NCBI GenBank assembly: GCA_964016885.1
Contig: OZ024746.1
Coordinates: 75,454,001-75,518,000 of the forward strand
DNA length: 64,000 bases
Source: Eledone cirrhosa
Lineage: Eukaryota
Reading direction: 5' to 3'
Shown here: in pieces, positions 14,135 to 28,654 of the stretch
How the letters are laid out: every line of letters begins with the position of its first letter
Position numbering within the stretch: the stretch's first letter is position 1
Notes under the pieces: generated by a model
Databases searched by the model: none
Seen by the model: only the letters and a program-made list of their open reading frames with translations
What the model was told of the DNA's origin: nothing
Position numbers and translations under genes: made by a program

Positions 14135-14846
14135 ACATTGTAGGTCGCTTTAACCCGTCTTTAATTATTCAAAGAACTTCTTGCCAATAAACATTAACTC
14201 TTTGTGCGCGCCATTCATCTAACTGTAGACCAACAAATACCAACTAAACGGAGCGTTGGCAAGAACGATGGCGAATGAATCTTCGAGGTAAGCAGTTTCC
14301 TCCCGAGCTGTTAGTTCACGCGTGATTCTCTGCTACAACTTTTCGTAATAATACAGAACAACGTACTGCTGGTCACTCCTTTCTCCAAAAGCCGTACAAA
14401 GCGGACATGTGCATCGGGTAGATGGATCGGGTGCAAATCTACACCAGGCCTACGCGAAAAATTCGTAAGGGACTGCGCCGAGAGGGATAGAGAGAAAGAG
14501 TAACTTAGTGGAAAGAGTGCGAATGAACTTTTGAGGTAAGTAGCCTACGCCTTACGACTATGACACTGGAACCTTCTGCCAACTTAACCTGCGACTTTAT
14601 ATTTCACATTTACTCCAATAGACCAAAACATAGGAGTATCAAAAGAAGGGGTTAAACAATATTTCTATGAACAATGCACGTAGACAGCTAAACTGTACTT
14701 TCAACTTCTTAATTTTCTCCAAATAAAACAAGTTTCCTGTCGGTATATTTTCGTGAGTTTTTAACAGGCGCTCACAAATAAACGTTTCTCATTGGAGGTG
14801 CTATTACCAATGTTCTTACCCGTGCAACGCCGGGATACACTGCTAG
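14135..14846 (+). mobile_element. Helitron-like remnant (3' end clear, 5' end uncertain)
   Basis: Subterminal hairpin CCCGTGCAACGCCGGG followed by CTAG|T. Confidence 0.5.
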
Positions 14847-15059
14847 TATATATATATAATTGCTTCTACTTTAGGCACAAGGCCAGCAATTACCCAGTGC
14901 ATTACTGGTACTTTATTTTATCGACCCCGTAAGGATGAAAGGCAAAGTCAACCTCGGCGGGATTTGAACTCAGATCGTAATATATATAATGTTAGTTTTA
15001 TAAGAATTATTGAATTATTTACTACCTGTCCTTCCCATCCAAAAGAAGGCGACGGGCAA

Positions 15060-15360
15060 TCTTAACTATGGACTCGGCCAATAGCCAAATCCCTCCTTCG
15101 ATCGATAACAGCTGTTCGATATAACTCCACAAGTCAGTAATGCACTGACATTACACTGGAGGAGTGCATGCAGAACGGTTTCGTCGCTCTGCGCGCATCT
15201 TGAGCAAGTCCATCTGTCAACACTCCCGTGCCTGTAGAGTTTATCTCGAACCGACAATGCCCTCGGTAGCACTGCCAAGCGAGGGGTTTCTGGAAGTTAT
15301 CCATAGTCTCCCGCTTGAAAGACGTCCGGAACAGATTGGTCAGTTCGATTTCGTCAAACA
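15060..15360 (-). mobile_element. Tx1/L1-like LINE ORF2 C-terminal fragment (zf-RVT-like)
   Basis: ALSVRDKLYRHG..WTCSRCAQSDETVLHALLQC (CCHC knuckle); frameshifted. Confidence 0.7.
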
Positions 15361-16032
15361 TACATATATACATACATTGGCACTGGGATGTGTTAGTAAC
15401 TGCCTCTATACAAATCGTGAGAAGCTGGGCTTCACAGAAACAGAAAGAACACAACTAGTTAGGAAATCCATTAATGGAACAGTAAAAATATGTAAAACAT
15501 TCCAATTCTGCATCTAATAACTGCATATACACTTGTACAGATACAAAACATATGCACATGCACACAACTCAAAACATACATATCTCAAAACATCCACATC
15601 CACACATACAATAACATCCATACCTGCACACAAATGCATGCAGATATGCATACATATCTACCTAGCTGATGTGTAAATTCCAATGAGAGAGTCTTGTAAC
15701 TATGTTAGAAACCGACTCTCTCTCTATTGGCAAAACTTTGTGAAATTATAAAACCAGAAGAACATACATACATACATACATACATACATACATACATACA
15801 TACATACATACATACATACATACATACATACATACATACATACATACAAAATTTGCAAAACATTCTTGCGATTCAAGGGATGACAATTTCTTTTCTTTTA
15901 CAACCTTGCAACCAGGAAGGTGGCCGGTCAAAAAAATATACTCGAAATTAAGAGAAAGAGATAACATACATACATGATGATGGCTGCCCCTTGTTATCGA
16001 GTATGGCCATTGCACGAGAAAAAAAAAGAAAA

Positions 16033-16117
<85 letters not shown>

Positions 16118-16289
16118 CATATACATACACATATATATATACACATACATACACATACATATATATTAATAACAATAATAATAATAACAACAATAATAAT
16201 AACGACAACAACAACAATAATAATATACATATATATATATACACACACACACGCACACACATAAACATATCTATACATACACCCACACA

Positions 16290-17222
16290 CGATAGCAACT
16301 AACAGCACTGCGATCGAATGTGGCTTTTAGCCCAGCCAATGATCTAAAATGTCTTGCACAGAGTCGGCAACCAAAACATTCTCTGGGAATAGCCGGCTGT
16401 GGTTGGAGTTCATGTACTTTTGCATGTCGTTTGAGCACTCCTGCTGATTTACATTCTCTACCACATGCTTGGCAAGCATGATGAGTAGCATCTCCAACAG
16501 CAGCCTGGTAGTCAACCACTGGTCTTACGTTATGACTGCGAAGATGACTTTCGAGTCCAGCTTTGCTTAGGCAGAGTCTCGCACAGACGCTGCATGTCAG
16601 CACCATAGGAGGACCCTCGCCGTCTGGAAGTGCAACAGCAATGCCGTTCCTCACATCCCGCTTTACTTTCTCGTATGCGATTCGAGATGCCTCAAAGGCA
16701 ACTTTTCCCTCATATACAGTCTTTCTCCATTTATTACGATCAGCAGCAATATTTTCCCATGTATCAGCAGAGATGTTAGCGTCTTTCAAAGAGGCTTTCA
16801 AGGAATCCTTATACCTCTTTTTTGGTTTATGTGGCGGTCGTTTTCCTTTAACTAACTCTCCATAAAAGAGTTGTTTTGGTATTCTAGAATCCTTCATCCT
16901 GGCAAAGTGACCACTCCAACGGAGTCGTTGCTTAAGCACAAGAGCTTCTATACTGTCACACATAGAGCTTTCCAAAATCTCGACATCACTGATGTGGTCC
17001 CTCCAGTGAACGCCATGGATCCGTCTGAGACACATCTGATGGAAACGCTCCAATTGCTTAAGGTGGTGTCGATATGTGACCCAGGTCTCGCAGGCATAAA
17101 GAAGACAAGAGACCACACATGCCTTGTACACCTTTATCTTTGTCTTCTTGTATATGTCTCACCGACCCCAGAGTCGCCTTTCTAGCTTTCCGAAAGCATC
17201 ACTTGCTTTCCTAATCCTAAAA
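16290..17222 (-). mobile_element. 5'-truncated RTE (BovB-like) LINE: end of RT region plus C-terminal zinc fingers
   Basis: ORF 16271-17131: YKACVVSCLLYACETW..LERFHQ..LRWSGHFARM..RIPKQLFYGEL..KRYKDSLK; C2H2 motifs CSVC..HLRSH, CQAC..HAKVH, CRLC. Confidence 0.9.
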
Positions 17223-17247
17223 AAACACATACATTCATACATACATA

Positions 17248-17652
17248 CATGGTGGCTGCCAACTCGTTTTCGAGTACGGCCACTACTTTATATCCATGTA
17301 GGAGAACCCCTACCGATGCGCTGAACGAGTGTGACTTTTTAGTCCAACCAGCGACTTGAAAACTCTGGTACAAACACTACACTTACGACAATCATTGACA
17401 CATAGTGCTGGGCCCATGGTATCATGTGACGACAAGTGCAGAGAGATCTCCAGATATAAAGCAATGCCTGTGCCGTGAAGCTTTTATAGTGAGCAAAGGC
17501 ACTGCACAAAGCCAGTCCCACTCTCTTAACCAAGATGATATTTACCAAAAAGAAGAACAAGTCAACATCATTAGATACCATCAGGGTTGCAGGTGTTATA
17601 TCAGAGTTTTCCTTCTCCTAGAATTCTGCCTTGACAAAGGCTAAGGGGTCAT
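17248..17652 (-). mobile_element. Dispersed non-coding retroelement with (TATG)n tail
   Basis: Near-identical to 59408-59672; related ends at 15976 and 48266. Confidence 0.65.
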
Positions 17653-18306
17653 ACACATATATATACATACATACATACATAAATACATACATACATACAT
17701 ACATACAAACAAACATACATACATACATACATACATACATACATACATACATACAAACATACATACATACATACATACATACATACATACATACATACGT
17801 ACGTACATATGTACGTACATACATATATGCATACTTGCATAATTTCACAACAGGCTATATTACCCACAGTGTGTCATAAATTACAACGGCGTAAATGTGT
17901 TTGTTTGTACGATGTACTGTGAGCGGTGTACAGTAGGTTAGGTTAGCTAAGAACATAAACCAGGAGTTACATAATATAAACTTGAAGACAACGCCATTCT
18001 GTCGGCTGATTGTAATTGTCAATTGACTACATACGGTGTTACACTTACAGAACAACATGGTAACATTTTCACACTAAGTCAACGAACTTTCACCTCGCTG
18101 TTGACGTTGCAAAGTCAGTCGTGTTTTGGCAACCGCGTTTTCGTACAATACGTTACAACACTTGAAACGTTAGTATAGTTATAAGGTGGTGGTAGGTCAC
18201 TTAAAATTTAGAGGAGGTTTCTGAATAAATACGTGTGTGCATGTATACAAATGTAAGTTAGTATTATTGCGCTTTAACTTATTATACACACAAACACACA
18301 CACACA

Positions 18307-18350
<44 letters not shown>

Positions 18351-18353
<3 letters not shown>

Positions 18354-18543
18354 AGGAGGTGAGTTTTATTGTAGTACAATAAATATGTTGATTTAAAACT
18401 GCACTATCCACAAGTGTTTTTTTAGCCTTCATATCATGTCCTCCTGTTTTATGATGAAAACACAAATATTATTGCATGATGATGTTTGTTTTTGAAATGC
18501 GCATAATAAAATACATGGAACTCCTTTAACCATCTTTTGATCT

Positions 18544-18550
<7 letters not shown>
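18351..18550 (+). mobile_element. Family D element; HHR core damaged (CT of CTGATGA deleted)
   Basis: TGTTTTAT-GATGA-..-GAAA-TGCGCA-TA-ATAAAATA at 18445-18513. Confidence 0.7.
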
Positions 18551-18911
<361 letters not shown>

Positions 18912-19126
18912 TTAAGTTAACGAGGTATCATTTAAGGCAATCCAAGTAGAGGTTATGTGTATTCTGTATCGAAGATTAGGTCGGGTATCGAGTGACGTAG
19001 CATTTTACGAACATCGATTTTTAGACACACCAGACTAATGAAACATTTGTTAATGCTTTGAATAAACCCTATTGTACAGCCGATCCCATATTATTCTTCA
19101 CTCATTGACTATATATATATATATTG

Positions 19127-19950
19127 GTGATGGTGGTGGTGGTGGTGGTGGTGGTGGTGGTGGTGGTGGTGGTGGTGGTGGTGATGATAGTGGTGATAGT
19201 GGTGATGGTGGTGGTGATGGTGGCGATGATAGTGGTGGTGGTGGTGGTGGTGGTGGTGGTGGTGGAGGTGGTGGTGGTGGTGATAGTGGTGATAGTGGTG
19301 GTTGTGATGATAGTGGTGGTGATGATAGTGGTGATAGTGGTGATGGTGGTGGTGGTGAAGGTGGTGATGATAGTGGTGATGGTGGTGGTGGTGGTGGCGA
19401 CACACACACATGCACACACATCCCCACACACAGAACACACACACACACACACACACACATGGTGGTGATGGAGATAGAGGAGGTGGTGTTGATAGTGGTG
19501 ATGGTGATGGTGGTGGTGGTGGTGGCGACACACACACATGCACACACATCCCCACACACAGAACACACACACACACACACATGGTGGTGATGGAGATAGA
19601 GGAGGTGGTGTGATAGTGGTGATGGTGATGGTGGTGGTGGTGGTGGTGGTGGTGATAGTGGTCTTGGTGACACACACACACACACGTGGTGATGGTGGTG
19701 GTGGTGATGGTGGTAGGGGTGGTGGTGATGATAGTCGTGATGATGGTGGTGGTGGTGGTAGTGATAGTGGTGATAGTGGTGATGGTGGTGGTGGCGACAC
19801 ACACACACACACCCACACACACACGCCCACACACAGAACACACACACACACAGAACACACACACATGGTGGTGATGGTGGTGGTGGTGGTTGTGGTGGTG
19901 GTGGTGATGATAGTGGTGATGGTGGTGGTGGTGATAGTGGTGATGGTGAC

Positions 19951-20018
<68 letters not shown>

Positions 20019-20295
20019 ACACACACACACACACACACAGACACACACACACACAGACACACACACACACATGGTGGTGATGGTGGTAGGGGTGGTGATG
20101 ATGATAATGGTGATGGTGGCGGTGGTAGTGGTGGTGGTGGTGGTGGTGGTGATAGGGGTGATAGTGGTGGTGATGATAGTGGTGATAGTGGTGATGGTGG
20201 TGGTGGTGATGGTGGTGATGATAGTGGTGATGGTGGTGGTGGTGGTGGCGACCCCCCCCCCCCACACACACACACATCACACACACACACATATA
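19127..20295. repeat. Compound (GGT/GAT)n plus (CA)n array with higher-order duplicated blocks
   Basis: Alternating GGT-rich and CA tracts; block GGCGACACACACACATGCACACACATCCCCACACACAGAAC..ATGGTGGTGATGGAGATAGAGGAGG repeated. Confidence 0.9.
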
Positions 20296-20901
20296 TGTAT
20301 ATGGGTAGACATCCGATGGCTATCGGGAGGTGACCTCAGTTAAAAACGGTACTCTACTCATTACATTAGTAAAGTATAGGCATCATCATTTTGTATAGGA
20401 ATGATTTCTACAGGTCTAGAACTGTTTCATTCCTACGAGGATTTCATACGAATGAAACTGTTCTAGTCCTGTAACAGTCATATCTATATAAAATAAAGAT
20501 ATATATGTACGTTCGTCCTACCTCATTGCGCGCTCTGAGTTCAAATCCCACGGGGGTCAACTTTGTCTTTCATTATTTCAAGTTCAAATCCCGCCGAGGT
20601 TAACTTTGCCTTTCATCCTTACGGGGTCGATAAAATAAAGTACCAGTAATGCACTGGATAATTGCTGGCCTTGTGCCTAAAGTAGAAACAATTATTTCAA
20701 GGTCAATAAAAAAAAGTGCCAGTCCAGTACTGGAGTAGAATCTTCCTCTATAGAAAAAAAACGGCTGTGTTCAAACCTAGAGATGGTTGGGCTCCGCCAG
20801 GTTTTAAAATACCTTAGAAACGCCGTTTGACGGTGCCTCTACGACTCCACAAGGAGTTATGGAATCTTTATCCTTTATCCTTTACGTGTATGTATATATA
20901 T

Positions 20902-20964
<63 letters not shown>

Positions 20965-21000
20965 AAAGAAACCAATGAATGCTTACATACTCAAACAGTC

Positions 21001-21060
21001 TTTATTCACTAACAATGTTTCATCCTCACCTTTAGGCAGGAATCATCAGAGCTCAACAAA
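21001..21060 (-). ncRNA. Type I hammerhead ribozyme candidate
   Basis: TTTGTTGAGCT-CTGATGA-TTCCTGCCT-AA-AGGTGAGGAT-GAAA-CATTG-TT-AGTGAATAAA. Confidence 0.6.
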
Positions 21061-21612
21061 TACCGTGTTGAGTATAAGCTCCACAATAACTTAGTCACAT
21101 GAACAATCAGAAAAAATAATAGGGGGATTGGAGATAGCTAACAAAGAGATTCATGCTGGGGTAAGACACAGTAGATGGCACTCAAAAATGTAGAATGTAA
21201 AATTAAAAAGTACATAATAAATACATAAAAATGCATAAAAATACATAAGATATACATAAAAATACATAAAAATATATAAAAAAATACATAAAGAAATACA
21301 GGCAAATGTTAAAACATAATATAAATTATATTAAAGTAATAAAAAATATAAAAATAAAGATAAAAATTAATAATAGAGATAATATAATAAAATGAAATGA
21401 AGAAAAATAAAATAAAATAAAGTAAAATCCAATAAAGAAAAGTAATTAAATATATCTATATTAAAGGAAAAGAAATCGAAAATGCAACTGGAGTCTTTTT
21501 AAGAATATTTATTTGTTTCCTTTACCGGTTACACAGTTCTTATGCTTTTCAAATGTAGAATTGAGATGGAGAGTTTGTGGTTTTGCTTGCATTTGTATAT
21601 ATATGTGTGTGA

Positions 21613-21677
<65 letters not shown>

Positions 21678-21694
21678 TGAGTGAGCGTGCGTGC

Positions 21695-21732
<38 letters not shown>

Positions 21733-21887
21733 GTGTGTGTGTGTGTATGTGTGAGTGAGTGAGCGTGCGTGTGTGTGTGTGCGTGTGTGTGTGTGTGTGT
21801 GTGTGCGCGTGCGTGTGTATGTGTGTGTGTGTATAAACAAGAAGAGTAAGTCAACAGGTTAAAATTAACTTCGTTTATTCATATTCG

Positions 21888-21945
21888 CTGCAATATATAT
21901 TTCAGTGATAGCCATTATTCAACAGCTATGACCTCATCAGGCAGT
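21888..21945 (-). ncRNA. Minimal type I hammerhead ribozyme
   Basis: CTGC-CTGATGA-GGTCATAGCTGTT-GAAT-AATGGCTATCACT-GAAA-TATATA-TT-GCAG; palindromic stem III. Confidence 0.8.
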
Positions 21946-22149
21946 TAGAACTTGAACAAAAAAATCAGGAAAACATAATGTTGGAATATATTTTACCTTG
22001 TTAATTCGTTGATATGTTCAGATCTTGAGTGTGGTGTTAATCCTCTAAGGAACCGAAAGCATATGGTTTAGAATGAACGAATTCCAGAGTCCGAAGGACA
22101 TACCTTCACAACCAACACATACTCAATATTATATATATATATATATATA

Positions 22150-22336
22150 TAGGAAAAAGTATGACCCCGACGGCAGAGCTCAAGCCGTTTCGATGGCTAT
22201 TTCTGGACTGTCCAGAAATAACCGTCGAAACGGCTTGAGCTCTGCCGTCGGGGTCATATTTTTTCCTATTTCCCACTCTACTACCCTAAGTATTGAGTAC
22301 TCTGGTGCGTTATGGTCCATCTCACTCCTTTGTTAT
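22150..22336 (+). mobile_element. Family A fold-back element
   Basis: Arms TAGGAAAAAGTATGACCCCGACGGCAGAGCTCAAGCCGTTTCG plus tail. Confidence 0.75.
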
Positions 22337-22337
22337 A

Positions 22338-22344
<7 letters not shown>

Positions 22345-22381
<37 letters not shown>

Positions 22382-22437
22382 TATATATATATATTTATAT
22401 ATATATATAAATATATATATATATTTATATATATATA

Positions 22438-22481
<44 letters not shown>

Positions 22482-22509
22482 TATATATATATATTTATAT
22501 ATATATATA

Positions 22510-22540
<31 letters not shown>

Positions 22541-22583
22541 TTATATATATATATAAATATATATATATATTTATATATATATA

Positions 22584-22619
<36 letters not shown>

Positions 22620-22673
22620 TATATATATATATTTATATATATATATAAATATATATATATTTATATATATATA

Positions 22674-22709
<36 letters not shown>

Positions 22710-22721
22710 TATATATATATT

Positions 22722-22809
<88 letters not shown>

Positions 22810-22847
22810 TATATATATATTTATATATATATATAAATATATATATA

Positions 22848-22929
<82 letters not shown>

Positions 22930-23007
22930 TATATATATATTTATATATATATATATTTATATATATATATATATATATAAATATATATATTTATATATAA
23001 ATATATA

Positions 23008-23066
<59 letters not shown>
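22345..23066. repeat. About 720-bp A/T-only (TA)n tract punctuated by AAA and TTT
   Basis: Directly visible. Confidence 0.95.
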
Positions 23067-23068
<2 letters not shown>

Positions 23069-23637
23069 CGTGTGTCTGTATGTGTATGCTGCGTGATGGT
23101 GTTTTGAATATATTGTAGTGTATATAAACTTTCAATACATATATATATACTCTCAAAAATGAATATGTATGTATGTACATTCTCATATGTATATATGTGT
23201 GTGGGAGAGTGTATGTGTGTATATATGTCTCTCAAATTACGTATTAATTTTAGCACGTATATTTTTTTAATATATATATTGGTACATAAAACGATATTTG
23301 AAATTATAAAAATAAAATTGCCGATTCAAGGATCGGTTTTGTACGCCATGTATAAAATTTGAACCCATAAAGTCGGTGAGAGAAAAAGTGAAAGCTGTAT
23401 ATTTAGCTGGTGCTTATGTATTATGATAATATCAATATATTTTGTGTATAAATATTTGTGTTGAATAAATTTCGCAGTTGTACTTGAGGTTGTTTGTTGA
23501 TTCTGAAACAATTACATCATAGATATGTCACTATAGTCATTTAAAACAGAGACACATGTGTTATTGTATTTAATTGTGTGTGTGTGTGTGTGTGTGATAG
23601 TGTGTGTGTGTGTGTGTGTGATAGTGTGTGTGTATGA

Positions 23638-23683
<46 letters not shown>

Positions 23684-23689
23684 GTGTGC

Positions 23690-23750
<61 letters not shown>

Positions 23751-23817
23751 TGTGTGTGTCTGTGTGTGTCTGTGTGTGTCTGTGTGTGTGTGTGTGCGTG
23801 CGTGCGTGTGTGTGTGG

Positions 23818-23935
<118 letters not shown>

Positions 23936-24004
23936 TGGACTACTGCCGATTCCAACGATAAGTTTTCCAGTTGTTTGATCAACAATACGGCCGTCACAAG
24001 CAGA

Positions 24005-24320
24005 ACTGGGTAGTTAGGAAGTGCACTTCGCAATCATGAGGTCTGGGTCTCGATTCTACTGCGTGGCATCTTGAGCAAGTGTCTTTACTATAGCCTCGGG
24101 TCGACCCATGTCTTGTCAGTGGAATGAGGTAGATGTAAATTGTGTTGAAGACCGTCAGATGTATTGTTCTAGCCTTGTCACATATTATATCATGGTGATT
24201 CGGCTTAGAAATTATATTAGGGTTACACGTGTCTGTGAAATAAACAACAACTTAAACGTTAATTCACGTGTCAAACATTCAGTCGATCGAACAATTGAAT
24301 GCTCATTGTCAAAACCGACG
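24005..24320 (+). mobile_element. Second tRNA-headed SINE family (degenerate)
   Basis: Head ..GGTCTCGATTCTACTGCGTGGCATCTTGAGCAAGTGTCTT..; related pieces at about 2190-2270(-), 29980-30245(-), 32520-32655(-), 41270-41360(-), 62750-62990(+). Confidence 0.55.
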
Positions 24321-25268
24321 GAGATTCCATCATGCCTTAGTATTAGCATGAACCATGGTTTTCGCTCAAGTCCCTGAAGTCGCGAGCAGACATAGACACC
24401 TTCTGAGCCGCCAAATCATGACTTAATGGAATTGCCAAGCAGATTTAAGCTCAGAATGCCGGAACAAATAACGAGTCAATTAATCTTACTCACTATTAAA
24501 AAAAAAATTAGCATGAGGGTGTGTATGTGTGTTTTATCAAAGCTGGCACCTGGATATTTAATGCGCTTTTATTCCAGTTATGCGCCCTATACTCCCTAGT
24601 AAATAATTTCTACGTAAGCTGAGAAACTTAGTTTTCGACACTTCTTGCTCTAACAAGACTCAGAAAATTACTAAACCTGGATTTTCGACTATACAGTCCA
24701 CATTCACCTACAGCAAATCAGCGGACGTGTCATAACACCATACGAACCTTTCCATCGCTTTTGATATTTCCACAACACCGCTACACAACAAAGATGTTTA
24801 GCGGTTTATTTATTGATCGCAGGAAATTGTTATATATCCGCTAAATATTTCATTTATTACGGCCCTTTACGTTCTGAGTTCAAATCCCCCCGAGGTTAGC
24901 TTTGCCTTTCATCCTTACGGGGGGTCGAAAAATAAAGCACCAATAATGTACTGGTATCGATTTAATCGACCTTCTCCACCCCAAAAATAGTTGGCCTTGT
25001 GCCTAAATCAAAAACCATTATTACGTGATAAATACAGCAAGTTATTACGTTTGATGGTAAGTAGTACGTTTTGTTTTCCTTTTATGTTCATATATAAATT
25101 GCAGTGAAACCATATTTGTATTAGTCACATCACATGGATTATTATAACCAGTAAATAACCTATTGTTTTACAGTTGGTATAAATAATATTAGGTTTCTTT
25201 ACCGAACATTCACAAAGCTATATTTGCGTATTGTATATATATACACGCACGCACAAACACACACAAAG

Positions 25269-25324
<56 letters not shown>

Positions 25325-25619
25325 CTATATATGTATATATATGTGTGTATATATGTATATATATATGCGTGTGTGTACATAGGGATATACGTATATATAC
25401 ATGTATACATACATGTAATATACATACAAACATACATACAAATAATATATATACATACACACATACATATAGCATACATACATACATACCAGAGGCGGTT
25501 GAACTGGGGTGAGGGGTGATATGGCCTCACCCCAAATAATTATATTTTTCTCCCCAAGCTACCAAAACACACATCTATTTGTTTATGCACTACAATTTAC
25601 GTACATGGTGTTGTATACT

Positions 25620-26660
25620 AGATATAGAGAGAGGGAGGGATGGATGTTTATTGATATAGAGAGGGGGATTTGAACAAAAGTCCCGTGTAGTAGATATAAA
25701 GAGGGGGAGAGTTTGGTGTTAATTGATATAGAGAGGGGTATTGGAACAGAGTCTTGTGTAGTAGATATAGAGAAGAAGAGAGATTGGTGTAAATTGACAT
25801 ATATTTCTATTTATTTGCCACCAGGGCATTGGGTGGGGGGCGTTTTACAAACATTGAGTACATATAAAAATAACAATAACAATCAAAATATAACAATCAA
25901 GTCCTCAATTGGGAGAAAGCGTTTTGGGGTCACACACACCCCCAAAAAAGTGTGCGACCCTTCTGTCAGGGAGCACAGAGACGAGGGTGCTCCCCTCTTC
26001 TCTTACCTCTACAGACTGATATAGAGAGAAGGCCCATTCATACGGGCCATTCTCGCCACTTTCACCCACCTTTCATAAAACCGGCTGGGGCCGAGGGCCT
26101 CTCTCTCCACCCTGATCCTTCTTCCGAAGTGATATCGGAAGAAGAGGACCAGCTGTTGGCCGGAGAGAAAGTCGCCCGACCCCAGCCCTTTCAGTCGCGT
26201 CCACCACACAGCTTCTTTCGTCAGGGCTACTACACACAGGAAGACCGCTTCTCCTTCGTTTTCGAAGCGGGGAGGCGGCTTGATCGTCACAATGAACTCA
26301 GTGGTCAACCGGATTGGCGCCACCCGTAACAGCAGTCGTTCGACATAGCCCCACAGATCGGCAATGCCAGGACAATTGATATAGAGAGGGCGATTGGAAG
26401 AGAGGTCCGTGTAGTAGATATAGAGAGGGGGAGAGTTTGGACTTAATTAATATAGAGAGGGGTATGGAAGAGAGGTCCGTATAGTAGATATAGAGAGGGG
26501 GAGAGTTTGGTGTTAATTGATATAGAGAGGGGGTATGGAAGAGAGGTCCGTGTAGTAGATATAGAGAGGGGGAGAGTTTGGTGGTTTTAGATATACAGAG
26601 AGGGTGAGAGTTTAAGGGTGACTGATATACAGAGGGGGATTGCGAGAGATACGTGTAGAT
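25620..26660. repeat. About 62-bp minisatellite interrupted by a LINE fragment
   Basis: Unit GATATAGAGAGGGGGTATGGAAGAGAGGTCCGTGTAGTAGATATAGAGAGGGGGAGAGTTTGG on both sides of 25800-26378. Confidence 0.8.
25800..26378 (-). mobile_element. Tx1/L1-like LINE 3' end
   Basis: CPGIADLWGYVERLLLRVAPIRL..EAVWWTRLKG..RRIRVERE..FYERWVKVARMARMNG, then 3' UTR and A-rich tail; overlaps the region at 15.1 kb. Confidence 0.7.
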
Positions 26661-26969
26661 ATTTATTACGTGTGAAAGAGTGTATTAGTCTTAGATATAG
26701 AGAGTGGATAACAGTGGGATAAGATATACATAATTCAAATTAAAAAGATATATATATGTAGTCATATATCATTTAAGAAACACATAGTGTTTTGTACATA
26801 TATATAAAGCACATAGCATTGGGGAAACAGTATATACTTTAACGTGGAAAATTTATTGGTGTCCTGGACAAACGTCCATTGAGCTTTTCTCCTGAGAAAT
26901 ATTTTCATCATACATATTATGTTATGATTAGTTTAAATTAGTTTATACACACACACACATATATATATA

Positions 26970-27124
<155 letters not shown>

Positions 27125-27215
27125 AATCTTGCTAAACAAATTCAGAAACGATATATATATATATGTTATGGAATACTGTTAGCTTCTCGCTAAAACAATT
27201 TCTATACCTTTCATT

Positions 27216-27276
<61 letters not shown>

Positions 27277-27298
27277 ATACATACATATACATATATAC

Positions 27299-27377
<79 letters not shown>

Positions 27378-27806
27378 ACGAAGGGTATTAGTAAGAAATT
27401 GTTAGAATGATTATAACATGATTCTTAGATATAATAACAACAATGACTGATTTACTTTATATATAAAGGTTTACTTCACTTGAGTCAAAAAGAACAATAA
27501 ACAAGTTACCACGAGTTGCGAAGGTTGACAATGTTATTTTGTTGTTGGTTCATGAGGTTTGTGTAGTCTGCGACCAGGGGAGAGAGAGAGAGTAATGGTC
27601 TGTAGTTGACTGTAGACCACTGTGGCCTGTAGATAGCGGTGATCTTTACATAGCTTGTTGTAGACGTAATGCTCCGATCTCTCTGTATCTAAGGTGGGAA
27701 AATATAGGCTTTATATACCTGTCGCTTTCTGTCTCCCACCTTGAGGGGATAGCCCACGCATGAACCTGTTCACACCAAAAGGGTGGTGACCTAGTCCTCT
27801 CCCACG

Positions 27807-28207
27807 ACTCCACCCGGCTCTCATCCGTGTTCCCGTTCCCGCTGCAACACTGGTCCCTTTATTTCCACCCTCACCACTCTTACAGGCCCTAATGGGTCTT
27901 TCCGTATCCGCCAGTCCTTCACCTGCACATCCACCCACGTTGTATATGCCCTCCGGTGTTCCCTTTGCGGGTCTTTATATATCGGACAAACGGCACGCCG
28001 TATGGCGGACCGTTTTGCCTAACATTTGAGGGACATACGACTCGGTTTGGATACTCCTGTTGCCCATCATTTCTGTTCTCCTGGTCATTCTTCCCTACAT
28101 GGGTGTCCTTTTACATCATGGATCACAGGCCTCGCGCACAAACTCTGATTCACCGTCTTGCGTCCTATTCCCCTCTTAGACTCAACTCACCTCCCCAATT
28201 CCTCTAA
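27807..28207 (+). pseudogene. Penelope-like element (Neptune-type) GIY-YIG endonuclease remnant
   Basis: Frame from 27822: HPCSRSRCNTGPFI..FRIRQSFTCTSTHVVYALRCSLCGSLYIGQTARRMADRFA*HLRDIRLGLDTPVAHHFCSPGH; frameshift to RAQTLIHRLASYSPLRLN*; stop at 28020. Confidence 0.88.
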
Positions 28208-28404
28208 TACCCCGTCCATTATCACACCCCTTGATTCCTATCGCTTTGTCTTGATCATTAGCAGCTTCTCTTATTACTAATACATGCCGATACACGCCCT
28301 TATATTAACATACTTTTGCTCATAGCTTCGTACTTACATGCGCACACACTCTTTTACTCACATATACACACACATTTCTTCTTAGCTTCATACGGACCTA
28401 TAAT

Positions 28405-28441
<37 letters not shown>

Positions 28442-28654
28442 ACACACACACTAACTCATGCTTACGGTTTGTTTTCCATTTCAGGTAGACGCCTGCCATC
28501 ATCCACTTTTCTAAAAAATAAATCATACACAAAACGCTAGCACAAACAGTTTTGCAAGAGATGTCAACATGAATGGACCTGTTATTTTTATCTAAAGACA
28601 TTTTTTCCAATTCCAACCCGCCCGTCCCTTCAATCTATTTTATTTCTCATTCTT

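Noticed and set aside
15684-15722. GAGAGAGT..TAAC-TAT-GTTA-GAAACCG-ACTCTCTC possible HHR relic
   Set aside because: CUGANGA and the UH site are absent; too degenerate to call
19072-20343. Extensin-, mucin- or Gly-rich protein ORFs (also 36362-37015)
   Set aside because: Open in several frames on both strands because of trinucleotide repeats
27376-27720. Possible solo LTR next to the PLE remnant
   Set aside because: No TG..CA ends, TSD or second copy visible
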